Shown here in pieces: positions 27,464 to 32,000 of a DNA stretch of 32,000 nt (its first letter is position 1; each line of letters starts with the position of its first letter). The translations under genes were made by a program, and so were the position numbers. Below the pieces are notes generated by a model. It ran no database searches. It saw only the letters and a program-made list of their open reading frames with translations, and was not told where the DNA came from. The stretch is from Nitrospinota bacterium (GTDB lineage Bacteria; Nitrospinota_A; UBA7883; JACRGQ01): positions 36,904 to 68,903 of the forward strand of contig JAOUMJ010000012.1 in assembly GCA_029881495.1 (NCBI GenBank), given 5' to 3'.

Positions 27464-28543
27464 CTAGAGATAGTCGGCATAGCCGCGCCTCTCAATCTCT
27501 TCGACCATCGATTTTATCTCCTGCGCGCGGTCTTTCCTGCATATAAGGAGAGCATCGTCAGTTTCAACAATGATCAGGTTATCAACGCCCAGGAGAGCTA
27601 CAAGCTTTTTTGAATACACCGTGTTTGATTCGGATGAAATTGAAACCAGTTCGCATCCGCTTTTTCTGTTGCCGGTTTCATCAGCTTTCCAGATATCGTC
27701 CAGCGCACTCCACGAACCGACATCGTTCCATGAGAAGTTGGCCGCAATAACCGCGATAACGTCAGCCGACTTTTCCATTACCCCTTTGTCAATAGACACC
27801 GGCTCGATCGAACCATAGAACTCTTCCAGGGAGTCCGCTCCCGCTCCCTGCAGATGGTGTTTCTCAATAGCGGAGTTCAGCTTGGGAAGACAAGCCTTCA
27901 CCCTTGCCATGAAAATATCGGCTCTAAACACGAACATACCGCTGTTCCATAGGTATCGTCCCGATTCCAGATAAAATTTCGCCTTTTTCCGGTTCGGCTT
28001 TTCCATAAATGAACGAACATGGAAATATGATGAATCTATCTTGTTGCTGACTTCGATATACCCGTATCCCGTTTCGGGATAGGTTGGCCTTATTCCGAAT
28101 GTGACTATCATTTTTTTCATTTCTGCCAGTTCAATGGCCGTGTTGATGTCCTCTATAAGTTTCTCCTCTTTTCCGACGACATGATCCGCGGGGAGAACTA
28201 CCATCAAGGCATTTGGATCCTTCTTCAGCAGGATAGAGGCAGGAAAAGCTATTGCCGGAGCAGTGTTCCTCCCTTTCGGTTCAATGATAATGTTTTCCAC
28301 GGGGAGGTCATGGGCGCTTTCCAGAACATGCTTGGAATGGCTTCTCGCGGTTATGATAAATATCCGCTCCTTTGGAATAAGCGGGGAGATCCTTTCGATG
28401 GTCTTGCGGAGAAGGGTTTTGTCCCCGTCAAGAGCTATAAGCTGTTTCGGTTTCGCCTCCCTGGAGAGGGGCCAGAATCGCTTCCCTCTCCCTCCGGCGA
28501 CAATAACTGCGTAAAGAGAATCTTTGTTCAATCGGTTCCCCAA
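27464..28543 (-). CDS. manC: Mannose-1-phosphate guanylyltransferase
   Basis: YAVIVAGGRGKRFWPLSREAKPKQLIALDGDKTLLRKTIERI, LPADHVV, ETGYGYIE, EKPNRKKA, LWNSGMFVF, NDVGSWSALDDIW. Confidence 0.92.
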   Translation of the reverse strand: MGNRLNKDSLYAVIVAGGRGKRFWPLSREAKPKQLIALDGDKTLLRKTIERISPLIPKERIFIITARSHSKHVLESAHDLPVENIIIEPKGRNTAPAIAFPASILLKKDPNALMVVLPADHVVGKEEKLIEDINTAIELAEMKKMIVTFGIRPTYPETGYGYIEVSNKIDSSYFHVRSFMEKPNRKKAKFYLESGRYLWNSGMFVFRADIFMARVKACLPKLNSAIEKHHLQGAGADSLEEFYGSIEPVSIDKGVMEKSADVIAVIAANFSWNDVGSWSALDDIWKADETGNRKSGCELVSISSESNTVYSKKLVALLGVDNLIIVETDDALLICRKDRAQEIKSMVEEIERRGYADYL

Positions 28544-28740
28544 TATTGCTAAATGATTAATTTCGGATATTACACCAACCTGCGGAATACCACGAAATTA
28601 TAGTTTATTTCCCGCTTTTTAAGTCTGTTTTTTTGACGATCTGAAATATTTACGCCCCTCAGGCGGAACAATCCCGTTCAAAACGGCCTTGTTGCGATCC
28701 CCGTCGCTTGCCGCGCCTCTTCGGCTGATATCCAGTATTG

Positions 28741-29928
28741 TCAATACTCCCTGAAACCGTGCTTGATGAATATTCCGCCAAACACAAACAGAAGCAGAGC
28801 CATACCGATCGAACAGAGAAAACAAGCGATGAAAACCTCCCTGAGATCGCCGAAAAGGAGAACCACGGCCAATAAAGGCGGCCCGATAGTCTGACCAAGG
28901 CGGATGGTCATGCCGTAAAAGGATACCAGAAGGCCCCGGTATTCGGACGGCGACAGACCGGCAACTATGGACTGCACAAGCGGGAGCGTGATCCCCATAC
29001 ATGAGCCGACAAGGAGCATCACCAGGAACAGCCACACCTGCGAAGGGATGTATAGCACCAAAAGAAACGCCGTAGCCAGGAAAAGAAACCCTAAAACCAG
29101 CATAGCCCTTCTGCCGATAAGTTTTTCTATCTGGGACGAAAGAGGGGCGATTATCGCAGACGCGAACGAGGAAGATGCAATATATATCCCGATGGAAAAA
29201 GGGGACATGGAGAAATGATTTCCCATGAAAAACGTAAGGTAGGTGAGAACTCCGCCGTAAAGGAGCACGAATATCAACAGCCCAACCAAAAAGGCAAAAA
29301 TGCTTTTAAATGTGAAGATATACCGCTTTGCATGATTAAAGTATTCCAGGAAATTTTCGCGCTTCTGAAACTCTGGCTCTTTTAAATAAACAATTACGAA
29401 TAACGCAAGCGGCAATCCAAGCCAGAACATTAAAAATGGGGCTTTCCAGCTGACAGTCGCCAGCGTTCCACCAATAAACGGAAAGGCGGCCGTGCCGACC
29501 GAAAGGACAGCCGCGTTCAATCCCATAACCTTGAGCCTTAAGTCTTCATGAAAAAGATCTCCAACCAGAACCGTAGAGATCGCCGGCAGGGCCGCTCCAC
29601 CAATCCCCTGAATGAACCTGAAAGCCACTATCCAGTAGAAATCATCAAGCCAGTAAATAGCGCCCCCTGCGACGCTGAAAATCGTGAGTGAAACCACAAG
29701 GATAGGCTTTCTTCCGATCTTGTCCGCGAGCACTCCGAGAAAAAGAATAAAGAGTACGCCGGGGAGAGTGTAGCTGGAAATAATCAATCCGACTTCAGCG
29801 GGCGTAACGGAAAATTCCGCCCCTATAACCGGGATGACGGGAATAACAAGACTTACGCTTACGATACCGCCCAGCGTTATAGCGAATATGATGTAGAGAT
29901 TTATATCTTTATAAATTGATGTATTCAT
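28741..29928 (-). CDS. Major facilitator superfamily transporter
   Basis: 12-TM pattern, GVLADKIGRKPILVVSLTIFSV motif A, RFIQGIGGAALPAISTVLVGDLF. Start placed at MNTSIYKD (29928). Confidence 0.88.
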   Translation of the reverse strand: MNTSIYKDINLYIIFAITLGGIVSVSLVIPVIPVIGAEFSVTPAEVGLIISSYTLPGVLFILFLGVLADKIGRKPILVVSLTIFSVAGGAIYWLDDFYWIVAFRFIQGIGGAALPAISTVLVGDLFHEDLRLKVMGLNAAVLSVGTAAFPFIGGTLATVSWKAPFLMFWLGLPLALFVIVYLKEPEFQKRENFLEYFNHAKRYIFTFKSIFAFLVGLLIFVLLYGGVLTYLTFFMGNHFSMSPFSIGIYIASSSFASAIIAPLSSQIEKLIGRRAMLVLGFLFLATAFLLVLYIPSQVWLFLVMLLVGSCMGITLPLVQSIVAGLSPSEYRGLLVSFYGMTIRLGQTIGPPLLAVVLLFGDLREVFIACFLCSIGMALLLFVFGGIFIKHGFREY

Positions 29929-30511
29929 GCAGAAATAATTCAACGCCGTACAGCGAAACCAGCGCGTAAATCCCAGCCACAACGTCATCCATCATTACGC
30001 CGACCCCACCCTTGATGTTTTCAAAATTCCTGGCCGGGGGCGGTTTCACGATATCGAAAAAACGAAAGAGGAGGAATCCGGACAAAACAAGGATCGTGAA
30101 GACCTTGTCATCCGCGGCAAAAGAGGTCCCGACAAGAGGAAGATACGTTATCAACTGACCGGCAATCTCATCAATAACAATTTTCCCGCTGTCCTTCTCG
30201 CCGAATATAGTTTCCGCAATGGATGACACCGGAATCCCGATAACCGTTATCGCGAGAGTGATGCCAAAATATGAAAACATGCTCAATTCGTTTATCAGAA
30301 GAAATATTGCAACCCCCACCAGGGAGCCGGCAGTGCCGGAAGCAAAAGGGGAAAATCCAGTCCCAAAACCGCTTGCTATGAGAACTACCGGAATGTTTTT
30401 TGCCGACGATTTACTTCCGGTTTGCATTGGGACAAGTTTAACATAAAGTGAAACCCGGCATGCACGGTTATCTCGATCCGAAGCATAAGATGCGACGAGC
30501 GGATCGCGCAC
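29909..30511 (-). CDS. pgpA: Phosphatidylglycerophosphatase A; true start may be the internal MQTGSKSS
   Basis: LIASGFGTGFSPFASGTAGSLVGV, KDSGKIVIDEIAGQLITYL, FRFFDIVKPPPA, GGVGVMMDDVVAG. Confidence 0.93.
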   Translation of the reverse strand: MRDPLVASYASDRDNRACRVSLYVKLVPMQTGSKSSAKNIPVVLIASGFGTGFSPFASGTAGSLVGVAIFLLINELSMFSYFGITLAITVIGIPVSSIAETIFGEKDSGKIVIDEIAGQLITYLPLVGTSFAADDKVFTILVLSGFLLFRFFDIVKPPPARNFENIKGGVGVMMDDVVAGIYALVSLYGVELFLHEYINL

Positions 30512-30527
30512 TGATCGGGTTTAAGAT

Positions 30528-30839
30528 TTAATATTTAACCTCAATCCTGGCGAGGTAGGAAACAAGCTCTTCAATGTGACTGGTTATTGCAGCAAGATCG
30601 CTATTTTTTGCCGATTCCTCGATGGCCCCACCGATTTTTGTCAAACCCTCAAATCCGTACCCCCCGCCAGAGCCTTTCATGCTATGACCTGTGATCTTGA
30701 TCACCTCAAAATCCTTTTGGGAAACAGCATCCTTTAAAATGCCAACATCTTTTTGCCGATTTTCCAGGTATGCCGGAATAAGATCGGCCAAATCAGGATC
30801 GGCCTTGATTATTATCGGTGCAGTATCCTTACTATTCAT
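30528..30839 (-). CDS. Histidine phosphotransfer (Hpt) domain protein
   Basis: DLADLIPAYLENRQKDVGILKDAVSQKDFEVIKITGHSMKGSGGGYGFEGLTKIGGAIEESAK, with the conserved H in GHSMKGSGGGYG. Confidence 0.9.
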   Translation of the reverse strand: MNSKDTAPIIIKADPDLADLIPAYLENRQKDVGILKDAVSQKDFEVIKITGHSMKGSGGGYGFEGLTKIGGAIEESAKNSDLAAITSHIEELVSYLARIEVKY

Positions 30840-30930
30840 AACTCCACTCCTAACAAAATCAGGTTTTCAGTTACCAAACTCCCGCTCAACTCCCAGCACT
30901 CAACACCTTCCATCCAGCGCATAGCCAACG

Positions 30931-31902
30931 TCAGCTTTGTGGCTTCAGGCTTTTGAAAACAGCCACCTTATTGCGCCCGCTTTTTTTCGCGTCATACAGA
31001 GCGGCATCCGCATTATTAAGCAGGCTTTCAGCGCCTGAAGCAAGTTCTGGCACTTCAGTGGCCACTCCGATGCTTAACGTGACAACTTTTGATACCTCCG
31101 AATCTTCATGGACAATAGCCGCTTCATGGACTTTCATCCTCGCTTTTTCGGCAATCACAACGGCATGCTCGGCATCGGTATTCGGAAGAACTACCACAAA
31201 TTCCTCCCCGCCATATCTGGCGGCGACATCGCCGGGCCTTTTAAACAGACCTCCTATAATCCCAGCTACCCTGGCAAGACATGTATCCCCTTTCTGGTGA
31301 CCATATGTGTCATTGTACTTTTTAAAATGATCGATATCGATCATCAGAATGGAAATCGGCGTTTTGTTCCTGAAAGACCGCTTCCATTCATTTTCATATG
31401 CCTCATCGAAGTAACGTCTGTTTACGAGGCCGGTCAGAGCGTCATGGGTAGAGATAAACTCCAGTTTTTTATTCGCCTCCTCAAGCTTTACGAGAAGCTC
31501 CTTGCGGCGATCCATTTCGTATTTCAGTTTCAAAGCGGATCTGACCCTTGCCCTCAGCTCGGTTTTCCTTATCGGCTTTTGCACATAATCTATCGCTCCC
31601 GCCTCGAAAGCCCTTTCCAGATCGGATTCATCCGTGCTTGCAGTCACCATGATAATCGGGATATCGGCAAATACAGGCTCCTGTTTGATAAGGAGACAGG
31701 CCTCAATACCATCAATGCCGGGCATCATTATGTCGAGCAGGATTAGATCAAATGAGCGATCAGGTGTTCCGTTTATACCGAGGATTTCAATCGCTTCGGA
31801 GGCGGAGGGAGCGGTGAAGATCGTTGAACCTTCCAATTTTTTCAGCACTTCTTCCAGCAAAAATCGGCTGTCCTTGGAATCATCAACCAGCAGTATCTTC
31901 AA
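30931..31902 (-). CDS. Response regulator with REC and GGDEF domains (diguanylate cyclase)
   Basis: REC: LLVDDSKDSR, LILLDIMMPGIDG, MVTAS, KPI. GGDEF: DALTGLVNRRYFDE, RYGGEEFVVVLP, with a probable I-site RPGD five residues before GGEEF. Confidence 0.95.
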   Translation of the reverse strand: MKILLVDDSKDSRFLLEEVLKKLEGSTIFTAPSASEAIEILGINGTPDRSFDLILLDIMMPGIDGIEACLLIKQEPVFADIPIIMVTASTDESDLERAFEAGAIDYVQKPIRKTELRARVRSALKLKYEMDRRKELLVKLEEANKKLEFISTHDALTGLVNRRYFDEAYENEWKRSFRNKTPISILMIDIDHFKKYNDTYGHQKGDTCLARVAGIIGGLFKRPGDVAARYGGEEFVVVLPNTDAEHAVVIAEKARMKVHEAAIVHEDSEVSKVVTLSIGVATEVPELASGAESLLNNADAALYDAKKSGRNKVAVFKSLKPQS

Positions 31903-32000
31903 AATGCCTCCACGGATTTTTTATTGTCATGGTCAGTTTTGGGATAACGACGAACAATCATCCCGGACACCCCCAAGCCTAACATAAATCTCAGAATAAT

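Noticed and set aside
28619-29035. 138-aa minus-strand ORF overlapping the MFS gene
   Set aside because: Out of frame in a well-supported coding sequence, with no recognisable domain and Arg/Ser-rich shadow composition.

Overview
Chromosomal window from an unidentified Gram-negative, deltaproteobacteria-like bacterium. It is mostly housekeeping content: rplY (partial)-prs-tRNA-Gln, argB, a XerC/D-type recombinase, a three-gene ABC-2 exporter, tpiA-secG-peptide-binding lipoprotein, kdsB-pyrG-kdsA, pncA-pncB, hemB, a membrane glycosyltransferase-like cluster with mannose-1-phosphate guanylyltransferase, MFS-pgpA, and Hpt with REC-GGDEF signalling genes. The most unusual content is: (1) two paralogous membrane-anchored pentapeptide-repeat genes about 13 kb apart. 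They are built from an exact 30-bp DNA period, with a near-invariant 17-18 bp core and a variable 12-13 bp tail. They share a near-identical promoter block and both have a copy of a palindromic dispersed repeat upstream; (2) a six-copy, 61-bp-period tandem array of that palindrome between the recombinase gene and the first pentapeptide gene, which looks like CRISPR but is not; (3) a recurring TATAAT box 6-8 nt upstream of ATG without a Shine-Dalgarno, suggesting leaderless transcripts; (4) an orphan fragment of an Hsp20/alpha-crystallin domain; (5) a small membrane protein ending in tandem GspE-N/MshEN-like motifs. I see no clear evidence of a complete new defence or mobile system. The pentapeptide modules are the best candidate for something undescribed. 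All calls come from reading the sequence; no database search was run.
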